The position numbers and the translations under genes are program-made. A DNA stretch of 64,000 nt from an uncultured bacterium. Its GTDB lineage: Bacteria > Babelota > Babeliae > Babelales > Vermiphilaceae. The DNA is taken from NCBI GenBank assembly GCA_963713925.1, contig OY970212.1, positions 544,001 to 608,000 of the forward strand. Reading direction: 5' to 3'. Below the pieces are notes generated by a model. It made no database searches. It saw only the letters and a list, made by a program, of their open reading frames with translations, and was not told the origin of the DNA. Below are positions 8,372 to 18,185 of this stretch, piece after piece (within the stretch, counting starts at the first letter, position 1; the number at the start of each line of letters is the position of its first letter).

Positions 8372-11092
8372 TCACTCATTTTCCACAACTTTCACCATAC
8401 TTCCCTGTGATCCTTTCTCAATGACAAAATGCACCGGGAATTGGTCTTTCATGTTGGGCAGGTGGGAAACAATGATAATTTTTGAGAAATCTTCTTGAAT
8501 TTTGTGAATGGCTTCCATGATATTATTGAGCCCCTCTTCGTCTTGAGAGCCAAAGCCTTCATCGATAATCAATGTTTGCAGTGCAGTGCCTGCTCGCCGT
8601 GCCAGCAGCTTTGAAATGGCAATGCGCAGTGCAAAATCGATGCGGAAAGCCTCGCCGCCGGAGAACATTTCATAGGGGCGAATGCCAACTGAGTCTGAAA
8701 TTTTTATATCAAGTGTTTCTTTTGAACCGCCTTTTTTTAAGTCGCGCAGAGAATCGATAGAGATATGCGATTGGTTGTCTGTGAGCTTTGCAAGTAGGTA
8801 GTTTGCTTCTTGCTCAATTTCAGGAATCACCTCTTCAATCATAAGCGCTTGGATGCCCTCTTTACCGAGCGCGTTGCTCAAAAGTGTGTGATCACTGATC
8901 TCGCGTTCAAGACTTGTCAGTTTTTCTTTACACTCGCCATATTCTTTTTCACTTGCAACTATTTTTGCAATTGTTGCATCGGCGGTGCCTAGTTTTTCAC
9001 GCAGCTGTTCTCGCGCGGATTGGAGTTGCGCACTGTTCGTGTTAATCGTGTTGATGGTTGTAGCGATCTCTTGTAATTGTTGCTCAAGATCTTTCTTTTG
9101 ATCTATTTTTTCCGATAACGCAGTAAGTTGAGCTTTTAATTCTTTTGCTTTTTTGCATACACTGATGCATTCGCGCTTTATCTCATGAGCCGAATCTTTT
9201 TTTGATAGCGCAATTTTGTATGCTTCCAATTGCTCATGAATTTTTGCAAGTTCGGCCAAATGGCTCTTTTGAGCATTGGTAATATGTTCCAGCGAACCGG
9301 TTTCTTTGGTTGCGAGTTCTATGGCACGCGATAATTCTTGCAATTGTGTATTGTTTTTCAGCGATTGTTCACATGCTGTTTCGTACTCTTGCAACTCTTT
9401 TTGTTGAATGCTGACGGCGGTGTGCAGAATAAGCAGTTCTTGGCTCAAGCTTTCATGCTGCTTGTCGAGCATGCTGAGCTGTTGCTCAAGAGCTGCTCGC
9501 TGTTGGCCAAACATCTCATGTCGGCTTCTCAGTTGATAATAAAATTCTTTTCGTTTTTGACGTTCCTGAGCAGTTGTTTCTGCCTCTCCAAGCTCAATTT
9601 TTAGTTGTTTCACAACGGTGCTTAATCGCTTGATCCAATGAACAAGTCGTGCTTTTTGGTCGGAAAATTTTTGTTTTAAAAAGCGACGACGAGCTGCCGA
9701 TAGATTTTGTTCACACAATGGACAACTGGGATCTTCTTCGCCGAGAGACAGGGAATCCTTTTTTTCTAGTTCAAGATATTCTGCTTTGAGCCGTGTGCCG
9801 AGCGTAATAAATTTTTGGCAATATTCTTTCTTTCGTTCAATGTGCTTTTCTTGATCCGTTTCTTGACTCACCGCTTTTTCAAGAGTGGTCAGTTCAAGCG
9901 TTATTTTGGAAAGAGTCGCCACTTTTTCAGCTTGTTCGCGAGTTGCCAATTGACGCGCTTCTTGCAATTTTTGAAGATGCGCCTGCGCAATGGTATATTC
10001 GTTATTCACCTTTGAAGCGGCTTTTCTCTTGGTATCCAATTGAACAAAAAGATCTTCACGCAATTTCGATTCAAGCGTCGTTTTTTTCGCATTTAGATCT
10101 ATGATGGCTTGTTTTTTTTCAAGTAATGTCACCGTTTGCGTGTTCAAAACTGCAAGTTCGGTATTGAGCTCCAACTTTCTTTGCTCTAAATCGTGTGCTG
10201 AGTAAGCCATAGAAACATGAGCTCGCGCTTGATGCCAATTATGGCGCAATTGTTTGACGGTAAGCAGCAGATCATTTTTTTGATTGTTCAAGAGAGCGTG
10301 TGAACGGAGATCGACGGCGAGTGTTTCTGATTCTTTTTGTAATGCATCTTTGCGCGCATACGTTTGTTTGAGCAGCTCTTTGCAGAGCACGTCTTGCTGT
10401 GCGAGTTCTTCAGTTCGTTTTTTTATTTCTTGCAATTCTTTGAGTAAGAGATCTTTATTTTGGATATCGGCTCCGAGTTTTTCTTGCAAAGCGGCCATAT
10501 GCATTTTTGTAATACCCGCCGTCTTGCTTTTTTCAAGAGCTCGCTTTCTTAACGTTTCATACAATTCAAGACCCAAAATGGAAGCAAGAATTTCTTTACG
10601 GTCTTTGGGAGACTTTTGAGAAAATTCGTTTGACTGGCCCTGCTTGAGAAAGGCTGAATTGATGAAGGCTTCATATGAAATGCGAATCACTTTTTCTATG
10701 GTGTCCTGCGTTGCCTTAATCGTTTTGTCAGTGAACGCATGTTCTTGACTCGTTTGATCATCGATAGAACCAAATTCTAAAACACTATATGGCTTGCCAT
10801 AATGATGATGATATTCGCGTTTGATACGATAATGGGTGTCATTGCACATAAAATCAAACGTGATTGTCATGGAATGCTGACCCAGATGAACGAGGCCTTG
10901 ATCAGCCTTGCTTGTCGATCCAGTTTTTCGCGCCTGTCCCCACAGCGCCCAGGTGATTGCATCAAGAAGAGCTGATTTCCCATGGCCATTTTTTCCAGAC
11001 AAACAAATGAGGTTATAGTTTTGAAAATCAATTGTTTGCGTTTCTGGGCCGTAACTTAAGAAGTTTTTGATTTGTATTTTTAAAGGAATCAT
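8372..11092 (-). CDS. sbcC: SbcC/Rad50-like SMC ATPase
   Basis: Walker A GKNGHGKS, Q-loop, coiled coil with CPLC hook, signature FSGGE, Walker B LIIDEGFGSQD, H-loop VSH. Confidence 0.93.
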   Translation of the reverse strand: MIPLKIQIKNFLSYGPETQTIDFQNYNLICLSGKNGHGKSALLDAITWALWGQARKTGSTSKADQGLVHLGQHSMTITFDFMCNDTHYRIKREYHHHYGKPYSVLEFGSIDDQTSQEHAFTDKTIKATQDTIEKVIRISYEAFINSAFLKQGQSNEFSQKSPKDRKEILASILGLELYETLRKRALEKSKTAGITKMHMAALQEKLGADIQNKDLLLKELQEIKKRTEELAQQDVLCKELLKQTYARKDALQKESETLAVDLRSHALLNNQKNDLLLTVKQLRHNWHQARAHVSMAYSAHDLEQRKLELNTELAVLNTQTVTLLEKKQAIIDLNAKKTTLESKLREDLFVQLDTKRKAASKVNNEYTIAQAHLQKLQEARQLATREQAEKVATLSKITLELTTLEKAVSQETDQEKHIERKKEYCQKFITLGTRLKAEYLELEKKDSLSLGEEDPSCPLCEQNLSAARRRFLKQKFSDQKARLVHWIKRLSTVVKQLKIELGEAETTAQERQKRKEFYYQLRSRHEMFGQQRAALEQQLSMLDKQHESLSQELLILHTAVSIQQKELQEYETACEQSLKNNTQLQELSRAIELATKETGSLEHITNAQKSHLAELAKIHEQLEAYKIALSKKDSAHEIKRECISVCKKAKELKAQLTALSEKIDQKKDLEQQLQEIATTINTINTNSAQLQSAREQLREKLGTADATIAKIVASEKEYGECKEKLTSLEREISDHTLLSNALGKEGIQALMIEEVIPEIEQEANYLLAKLTDNQSHISIDSLRDLKKGGSKETLDIKISDSVGIRPYEMFSGGEAFRIDFALRIAISKLLARRAGTALQTLIIDEGFGSQDEEGLNNIMEAIHKIQEDFSKIIIVSHLPNMKDQFPVHFVIEKGSQGSMVKVVENE

Positions 11093-11093
11093 T

Positions 11094-11522
11094 TTAAATA
11101 CACGATAAAAAAGTTATTTTTGGTTCGCCGTAGGATATGACATCAATGACAGCTTCCATTGTCATTAAGCAGATGTGTTGTAATGGATTAATAGTCGAAG
11201 ACCAATGCGATGCAATGGTATCTGATTCCTGGTCAATCCATTTGACATATTCAGAATCATTAACTTTAAAAAACGTCCAACTAGCATGAAATTCGGACCC
11301 ATATTTTTCTCGTAATTCTCTAAACAGTTTTACCCTAAATCCTTCGTAGGAAATTCTATAAGCCAACGCTGCTTGTTCAACTTGAAACAATATTTTGTGA
11401 GCATTGTTATCATTATCAATTAATATTATTGAAAGTCCGTCATAATCTTCGACAACTTTTTCTGCATAATAGTTTTTTGCAAGACCCTCAACAGGTTCCC
11501 ATCGTTCCCAAGATTCCGTCAT
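11094..11522 (-). CDS. Putative immunity protein (second copy)
   Basis: Paralogue of 11545-11949 (MTESWERWEPV, WTFFKVN-x-SEY, EPKITFL). Confidence 0.78.
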   Translation of the reverse strand: MTESWERWEPVEGLAKNYYAEKVVEDYDGLSIILIDNDNNAHKILFQVEQAALAYRISYEGFRVKLFRELREKYGSEFHASWTFFKVNDSEYVKWIDQESDTIASHWSSTINPLQHICLMTMEAVIDVISYGEPKITFLSCI

Positions 11523-11544
11523 TGTCTGTTTCCCTTCTGATGCG

Positions 11545-11949
11545 CTATAAAAAAGTTATTTTTGGTTCATCATAAGCAATTATGTCTACAACAGCATCAA
11601 TAGCTATGAGAGAGAAATGAATTAGTGATAAACTTGATGTAATGGTGTATGATTCCTGGTTTAACCATTTGAGATATTCTGAATTATTGACTTTAAAAAA
11701 AGTCCAATGACCATAGAAATCACTTCCGTATTTTTCATCTAGTTCTACAATTAATTTGTGCCGAAATGTTCCATAAACACTTCGATATGAATCAACTAAA
11801 TAATTAAAATCGAGCAAGATTTTGTTACTATCATTATTGTAATCAACTAGAGAAATAGAAAATGCTTCATCTAATTCTTCGATTTTTTCAACGTAATATT
11901 TTTTGGCGAGACCTGATACGGGTTCCCATCGTTCCCAAGATTCTGTCAT
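11545..11949 (-). CDS. Putative cognate immunity protein
   Basis: ATGA overlap with the toxin stop; small acidic protein. Confidence 0.8.
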   Translation of the reverse strand: MTESWERWEPVSGLAKKYYVEKIEELDEAFSISLVDYNNDSNKILLDFNYLVDSYRSVYGTFRHKLIVELDEKYGSDFYGHWTFFKVNNSEYLKWLNQESYTITSSLSLIHFSLIAIDAVVDIIAYDEPKITFL

Positions 11950-13688
11950 TGTTTTGCTCCATATCGGATTTTAATTTTTTTCCCATTTATACGATTAAGA
12001 ACTTCCAAGGTCGGTCTGGTGTCATCGCTTTTACTTCTGACATTAGCAGTTCTTCCGTCAGGAAGATCACCTTTTTTACCAGTAGGAATATCTTTGATAT
12101 TTGTCGGACCCAATGATTCAAAATCCTCTAAGGCTTCCTCAAAACCTCCCGGTTTTTCATATTGTTTTGTCTTGCCCTGGGTTTTTCTGCCCGGCGTCGC
12201 TTCTCTGGCGATTTCTTCTATCGTTTTGGGTTTTTTATCTTTAGGCTTTGATTCGTCAGTGGATTCTTCATCTGAAGGGTCGGATTCATCGGAATCGTCT
12301 TCAGGTTTTGAGGCATCATCGCTATCTTTTTTTTCTTCACCTTCTTTGATTTCGGTGCTTTCAGAAAATAGCCGTAGATCATCTTTATCGTAGCCAACGG
12401 CAACAATTTTCTTAGAAAAATTTTCTACAAGCGCGAATTTACGAGAGTATCTATGTCCATAGAGCGTATGATATTTGTGTTTTGTGGGCAAAGTGCCAGC
12501 TTTTCGTATCATTTCTAGGACATGAGAAGGTGTGATATATTTGTGAACCATGTTATACAGTGCATGAATTCCAAATTTTCTTCCATAAATTTCCTTTTCA
12601 AAACACCCAAATCGGGATTTCAAATCAGATGCTTCCTGGAATATATTTTTTGATTTGAAAAGTTCTTTTTTTAAATCTTCCGGGACCGTTTTCAAATATT
12701 CACGTAATCCCGATAGCTCTTTTTCGTCTTGCATTTGTAAAAAATTGGCTATATATGGATCAGAGCTATCAAAAACGGTTTCCCCTAATCGATGCCACTC
12801 ATAAAAGTTATGTTGAGCATCTGAAAAGGCAAACCGCAGTCTATGTAAATATGCTTTCACGCATCCATCGGTTGTCATTTCTCCCGTTAAGAGATATGGG
12901 CCATAGCGGTATGGCTTTTGTATCATATCTAAGTAATCGTCAGCCTTAATTTGTACACCGCCTATATTCGGTGGTTCCCCGAGTAAAAGATTTCGTTTTG
13001 GGTGGTTTAGATGTTCTAAAGAGTTTTTAAAAGGCTCGAGATAATTATTTGTTTGAGATACAAAATCATCTTGGATCTTTAATGTATGCTTTATAAAATC
13101 ATCTTGATTTTTTGGGTACAATGAAGAGTTTTCTTGATTGCCCCAAATGGCTATCCCCACGACTCCGATAACCCAACTAGCGAGAGTTGGATATATACAT
13201 AGACCACCGTCGCAATTATGTACCATCAATTGTAAATCGCTTATGAAATAGATATGCGGCTCATCAAGAATAATCGCACTAATATCATGTTCTTCTTCGG
13301 CAAATTCAACCTTGCCGCATTGATAGAGGGTTCCCGATCTCGACAAAAAAACAGTGCGATCTGAAATTTGGTTAGCAGGAATAAATTTTTGGGTAGCAGC
13401 ATCAAAAAAAAGTTGATTTTGTACCGTATAGATAAAATGAGAGCCTATGGTAATTTTGAGAGGGTGAGACGCTTTATATGAAACGATTTGTTTTACCGGA
13501 AGAACAATTGGCTCATTCGTGATGAAATCATAACTCAATACCGGGTCGTTGAATGTGATATCGGAAATTGGTACAGAGCCGTTTGGTGTCTCCAACAATG
13601 TTTTCAGACAAAAGCCCGGTAGGATTTCTTTATTGATAAAAATAAGAATGAATAGAAGGCAGTGAAAATTACGGATGCATGTAAACAT
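11946..13688 (-). CDS. Signal-peptide + Hint-domain polymorphic toxin
   Basis: Hint-like block GFCLKTLLETPNG...PHIYFISDLQLMVHN/C; DUF4258-like segment GRKFGIHALYNM...TPSHV; acidic linker; terminal toxin-like tip ...LPDGRTANVR...RPTLEV...KIKIRY. Confidence 0.85.
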   Translation of the reverse strand: MFTCIRNFHCLLFILIFINKEILPGFCLKTLLETPNGSVPISDITFNDPVLSYDFITNEPIVLPVKQIVSYKASHPLKITIGSHFIYTVQNQLFFDAATQKFIPANQISDRTVFLSRSGTLYQCGKVEFAEEEHDISAIILDEPHIYFISDLQLMVHNCDGGLCIYPTLASWVIGVVGIAIWGNQENSSLYPKNQDDFIKHTLKIQDDFVSQTNNYLEPFKNSLEHLNHPKRNLLLGEPPNIGGVQIKADDYLDMIQKPYRYGPYLLTGEMTTDGCVKAYLHRLRFAFSDAQHNFYEWHRLGETVFDSSDPYIANFLQMQDEKELSGLREYLKTVPEDLKKELFKSKNIFQEASDLKSRFGCFEKEIYGRKFGIHALYNMVHKYITPSHVLEMIRKAGTLPTKHKYHTLYGHRYSRKFALVENFSKKIVAVGYDKDDLRLFSESTEIKEGEEKKDSDDASKPEDDSDESDPSDEESTDESKPKDKKPKTIEEIAREATPGRKTQGKTKQYEKPGGFEEALEDFESLGPTNIKDIPTGKKGDLPDGRTANVRSKSDDTRPTLEVLNRINGKKIKIRYGAKQ

Positions 13689-13747
13689 TTGGAGCCTCTC
13701 TAAGTTATTGTTGAATTGTCATAAGGATACCGATTCAACAATAATTT

Positions 13748-13939
13748 TCAAATGTACTTCTTGCAGCTAGTTTTTCGCGCCTGGCCCCAGAGGGCCCAGG
13801 TGATCGCATCAAGGAGCGCCGATTTTCCATGACCATTTTTGCCTGACAAACAAATCAGATTATAATTTTGAAAATCGATTGTTTGTGTCTCAGGGCCATA
13901 GCTTAAAAAATTTTTGATCTGTATTTTTAAAGGAATCAT
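13748..13939 (-). pseudogene. sbcC: Displaced 5' fragment of sbcC (57 codons)
   Basis: First 57 aa identical to SbcC at 11092, then an unrelated tail SCKKYI*. Confidence 0.9.
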
Positions 13940-14011
13940 GGTTGATAGCCTCAGCAATTATGTAATATGCGTAGTATAACACAGATGACCATCAACGAAA
14001 TGCGAAAAAAT

Positions 14012-14051
14012 AAAAAGCCATCTACTTCCATGTCAAAAGTAGTGGCTTTTT
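14012..14051. terminator. Probable intrinsic terminator
   Basis: aaaagcca(t)ctact...agtagtggctttt imperfect hairpin flanked by A/T tracts, downstream of the minus-strand ORF ending at 14097. Confidence 0.55.
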
Positions 14052-14096
14052 AAGTTTTAAAAAGAATGAGTGAAAAATCTATTGAGTATGAATTAA

Positions 14097-14567
14097 TTAT
14101 TGCAGATTTCGCGGTATTCCAAGCTTGCGCACGTGAGACATGAGAGCCTGAGCCGATTCAGAGGCAATCGTTGAATTGAATCTAATTAAAAATGAATGAT
14201 ATGAATATTGATTCGATTGTTTTATCTTTTCTTTGAAGGATCCAAAGGTTTGCTCGGATGAAAATTTTTTATCATCTAGAATTTGATTAAACATGGATCC
14301 TGTCTTGGTCGATACGATGACGTCTCTCACGGCGCCCGGATTTTCCTTGCCTGATTTTTCGATCATATCTACAATATAGCCCACGGTGTTTTGCGGCATG
14401 AAATAAGCATCATCTCTTATTACACTCCAATTGTTGTCAACAAGGCGCAAACTGACCAGAACATCATTACTTACGTCATGGTTCGGGTATTTTGCATCAC
14501 TTGAAATGGTAACGCTGGGAATCGATAAAATAAGGAATAGGAAGGTGTTATTTTTTAAATTAAACAT
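14097..14567 (-). CDS. Hypothetical secreted protein
   Basis: Likely start MFNLKNNTFLFLILSIPSVTIS (signal-like); no recognised domain. Confidence 0.6.
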   Translation of the reverse strand: MFNLKNNTFLFLILSIPSVTISSDAKYPNHDVSNDVLVSLRLVDNNWSVIRDDAYFMPQNTVGYIVDMIEKSGKENPGAVRDVIVSTKTGSMFNQILDDKKFSSEQTFGSFKEKIKQSNQYSYHSFLIRFNSTIASESAQALMSHVRKLGIPRNLQ

Positions 14568-14731
14568 AATACTCCAAATGTTAGCTTGTTCATATTTACA
14601 TATTATAATTATAATTGAAATTATAACCTTGTCCAGCGGTATTTCTAAAAAGATAGAGCAGTATTGCATAGCATCTTCCTTTTTTCTTGCTATGATACTC
14701 ATTAAAAGAGATTTCTTAAAAAAGGACATCT

Positions 14732-16138
14732 ATGCTCGCATCAGTATTTCGAGAGTATGATATTCGGGGAAAAGTCGGACAAGAATTAGATTTGAGCCAA
14801 GTATATAATTTGATGAGTGCCTGCGCCGTTTATTTTGATGCAGCGTCATTAGAATCGCGCACTATTGCTGTCGGAATGGATGGACGAAATCACTCTCAGC
14901 AGATTAAAGATGAGACATGTCGCGCATTGCGCGATGCCGGATTTGATGTTGAATTTATCGGCGTGTGCCCGTCACCTGCATTGTATTTTGCATTGCACAC
15001 GCGAACGTATGGTGCGGGAATTATGATTACGGCTTCTCACAACCCGAAAGAGTATAACGGATTCAAAATTTGCGTCGGACAAGAGTCGCTCTGGGGTGGC
15101 GCAGTCAGAGAGCTTGGTCGATTGTACGAGCAACGAGCATCAGTGCCTATCGCTGAGCGAGGGAATTATACAGAACACGACATTATCAATCCGTATGTGC
15201 AGTGGCTTGCGCAAGAATTTGCTCATTTAAAAGGGGCAGATATACGTGCATTGGTTGATTGTGGCAATGGAGTTGCCGGATCAGTGTTGCCAATGCTCAA
15301 AGAGCTCATGAATTGGCAATCGGTTTGTTTGTTGTATCCTGAAATTGATGGCAACTATCCGCATCATGAAGCTGATCCGACCGTATCTGAAAATATGGCA
15401 GACTTGAAAAAAATTGTTTGCAATTCAGATTTTGAACTCGGGATCGGGCTTGATGGCGATTGTGATCGCATGGCAGCGTTAACAAAAAAAGGGCGATTAC
15501 TCACCGGTGATATCTTACTTGCTCTTTTTGCTAAAGATATGCAAGAGCAGTATGGTCCGATTAAAGTGGTGTGTGATGTGAAAAGTTCTCAGGCCATCAT
15601 TAATTTCTTGGAATCGCTGGGAATTCATGTGTATATGTCTCCCTGTGGGCATGCTATAATTAAAGAAAATATGAAAAAATGGGATGCGCTGATTGGGGGA
15701 GAATTGAGCTGCCATTTTGTATTTAATGATCGCTATTTCGGGTACGATGACGGCATTTATGCCATGATGCGGCTCTTTGAGTTACTTATCAAGAAGGAAG
15801 TAGCCCTCGACTCTTTGGCCGATGTCATTCCGCAATGGTATGCATCTGCGGAAATACGGCTTGCTTGTGCGGAAAATGAAAAACTTGAGTTGGTAAAAAA
15901 GGTACATTCCTATTTTAATGAGGCGCACAAAAGCGCGCGTTTTATTACAATTGACGGCATGCGCATCATGTTAGAATACGGATGGGGCTTGGTGCGAGCG
16001 GCTAACACACAGCCTGCCATTTCATTACGCTTGGAATCACCAACGCTTGAAGGTCTTGAACAAATGAAGATAGAGTTTATGCAAGCGCTTGGTGATTCGC
16101 TGACAGAAGAGCAACAAAAAATTATTTTGAGAGCCTAA
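14732..16138 (+). CDS. Phosphomannomutase/phosphoglucomutase
   Basis: FREYDIRG, ITASHNP, DGDCDR, GELSCH motifs. Confidence 0.95.
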   Translation: MLASVFREYDIRGKVGQELDLSQVYNLMSACAVYFDAASLESRTIAVGMDGRNHSQQIKDETCRALRDAGFDVEFIGVCPSPALYFALHTRTYGAGIMITASHNPKEYNGFKICVGQESLWGGAVRELGRLYEQRASVPIAERGNYTEHDIINPYVQWLAQEFAHLKGADIRALVDCGNGVAGSVLPMLKELMNWQSVCLLYPEIDGNYPHHEADPTVSENMADLKKIVCNSDFELGIGLDGDCDRMAALTKKGRLLTGDILLALFAKDMQEQYGPIKVVCDVKSSQAIINFLESLGIHVYMSPCGHAIIKENMKKWDALIGGELSCHFVFNDRYFGYDDGIYAMMRLFELLIKKEVALDSLADVIPQWYASAEIRLACAENEKLELVKKVHSYFNEAHKSARFITIDGMRIMLEYGWGLVRAANTQPAISLRLESPTLEGLEQMKIEFMQALGDSLTEEQQKIILRA

Positions 16139-16147
16139 AAAACTGCT

Positions 16148-16972
16148 ATGAGAGAAATCGGATTACATTTACGACTGAAAAGTACATTGCTGGGTGTGTA
16201 TGAGCACGCGATTGGGCTCAATGTGGATAGTTTTCAATGCTTTTTCGTGCTTGAAGAAAACGGAAGCTATTATGATCTTTCAAATAAAGAAGCACAGGAA
16301 TGTGTGCACTTAGGACATCACTTCAAGCATCGATATGCACACGGTTCATATTGGATTAATCCGGCAGCAGAGCAGGGTTCAAAACTTCCCGCATTTAAAA
16401 AAGAAATCGGCATGGCTCATGCGGGAGGATTCACGCATATGATCCTGCATCCGGGCTCAGCGCGTGGACCGGTTGATAAAAAGGAAATAATCGATCGCCT
16501 GGCAGAAAATATGGAATATGCATGGAGTCGAAATTACAGTGTGCAGATATTGCTTGAAAATGCAGCACACGGTGGACACGCGTTGGGGGGCGATTTAAAC
16601 GATTTTAAGTTGTTGCGCGATGCTGTCAAACATCCTGAGAAGCTCTCGTTTTGTATCGACACGGCGCACGCCTTCTCCTATGGCTATTCCTACGCAACTG
16701 CGCAGGAGTTGGAACGGTTTATTGATCATATGGATGAAACGGTTGGCCTTGGGTCGATTGCGCTCATACATTTGAATAATACGTATGATGCACAAGGCTC
16801 AAAGCTTGATCGGCATGCACCACTTTTGGAAGGACGCATTGCAGAAGATGCACTGAAAAATTTTGTCATGCATGAACGATTGAAGCATATACCGCTGCTG
16901 CTTGAAGTGCCGGCGATGAGTGATGCAGACTATAAAGCGACGGTTGAACGAGTGCGAGGGTGGCAAAAATAA
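16148..16972 (+). CDS. nfo: Endonuclease IV (AP endonuclease)
   Basis: HGSYWIN, LHPGS, LLENAA, CIDTAH, HLN, DRH motifs. Confidence 0.9.
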   Translation: MREIGLHLRLKSTLLGVYEHAIGLNVDSFQCFFVLEENGSYYDLSNKEAQECVHLGHHFKHRYAHGSYWINPAAEQGSKLPAFKKEIGMAHAGGFTHMILHPGSARGPVDKKEIIDRLAENMEYAWSRNYSVQILLENAAHGGHALGGDLNDFKLLRDAVKHPEKLSFCIDTAHAFSYGYSYATAQELERFIDHMDETVGLGSIALIHLNNTYDAQGSKLDRHAPLLEGRIAEDALKNFVMHERLKHIPLLLEVPAMSDADYKATVERVRGWQK

Positions 16973-16973
16973 A

Positions 16974-17119
16974 AGGTTACACGAAAATTAAGCTTTTTAA
17001 CTAAAAAAGGGTTGATTGTCATGCTGAACTTGTTTCAGCATCCAGCTTAAGTTAGATCCTGAAATAAATTCAGGATGACGTAGCAATAAGGAACTTCCGT
17101 GATTTTCGGATAAGCTCTA
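16974..17119. repeat. MITE-like palindromic element (family A), copy 1
   Basis: Imperfect terminal inverted repeats (ggttacacgaaaa / ttttcggataagct) around two inverted palindromes gtcatgctgaacttgtttcagcatc and gatcctgaaataaattcaggatgac; inverted second copy at 25147-25464. Confidence 0.75.
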
Positions 17120-17142
17120 AGAAATAAAAAAGGATTGTAATT

Positions 17143-18153
17143 ATGAAGATAGCAATTAATGGATTAGGAAGAATAGGTAAAAATTTTTTGCGTGCCATCG
17201 TTTCTGATGCAACAACGCCATTGGATATTGTCGCAATCAATATCGGACCGGCAGATCCGGAGCATGTCGCCTATACGTTACGGTATGATACGCTGATGGG
17301 AACCTACACGGGAGCAATAGAACAGAAGGGTGATTACATTAGCATCGGCAATGAGGGTAAAAAACATACCATAAAAATAGTCCATGAAGCTGATCCGAGA
17401 GCTTGCCCGTGGAGAGAACTTGGCGTTGATTGGGTTGTTGATTGCAGCGGCCGATTTACCGATGCGCAGAAAGCGCAGGCGCATATACAAGCGGGCGCAC
17501 GCAAAGTGCTCATTTCTGCCCCGGCAAAAAATGAAGATGTGACGATTATTCCTGGCGTCAATGATGATGAATATCATACGAGCGAACACACAATTGTTTC
17601 ACTCGGAAGTTGTACGACGAATGCTTTCTTACCTCTTTTGAAAGTGCTTGATCGCACCTGTGGAATTGTCTCAGGATTGATGACAACGGTTCATGCGTAC
17701 ACCAACTCACAAGTGCTTCTTGATGGAGATCATAAAGATCTTCGCAGATCGCGAGCTGCAGCGATCAATATTATCCCAACAACGACGGGAGCATCAAAAG
17801 TAGTCGGTAAAGTAATGGCTCATTTAGAGGGAAAAATGTATGCAAAAGCACTTCGCGTGCCCGTTGCAAAAGGATCATTTATTGAGGTGATTATCACTCC
17901 CCAAAAAGCATATTCTGCAGAGCAGATTAATCAAGCATTTGGCAAAGCGGCGCAAACTGATTTGAAAGGAATTCTCGCAATCAATTCTGATCCGATTGTT
18001 TCATCTGATTGCACCAACACGCCATGGTCTGTCATTGTTGATGGGTTGTTAACCAGTGTGAATAACAATACCATGAGTGTTTGTGGATGGTATGACAATG
18101 AGTGGGCATATAGTCTGCGAATGAAGGAGTTTCTTTCTCAACCGCGCATTTAA
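17143..18153 (+). CDS. gap: Type I glyceraldehyde-3-phosphate dehydrogenase
   Basis: INGLGRIG, SCTT, TTVHAYT, NIIPTTTGA, WYDNEW. Confidence 0.97.
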   Translation: MKIAINGLGRIGKNFLRAIVSDATTPLDIVAINIGPADPEHVAYTLRYDTLMGTYTGAIEQKGDYISIGNEGKKHTIKIVHEADPRACPWRELGVDWVVDCSGRFTDAQKAQAHIQAGARKVLISAPAKNEDVTIIPGVNDDEYHTSEHTIVSLGSCTTNAFLPLLKVLDRTCGIVSGLMTTVHAYTNSQVLLDGDHKDLRRSRAAAINIIPTTTGASKVVGKVMAHLEGKMYAKALRVPVAKGSFIEVIITPQKAYSAEQINQAFGKAAQTDLKGILAINSDPIVSSDCTNTPWSVIVDGLLTSVNNNTMSVCGWYDNEWAYSLRMKEFLSQPRI

Positions 18154-18185
18154 AGGAGTTGAGCGCTCGCTTGGGGTTGCGCATC

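Noticed and set aside
10922..13939. sbcC 5' duplicate as a DGR template/variable repeat pair
   Set aside because: Differences are all synonymous third-position changes involving all four bases, not adenine-specific, and no reverse transcriptase is present.
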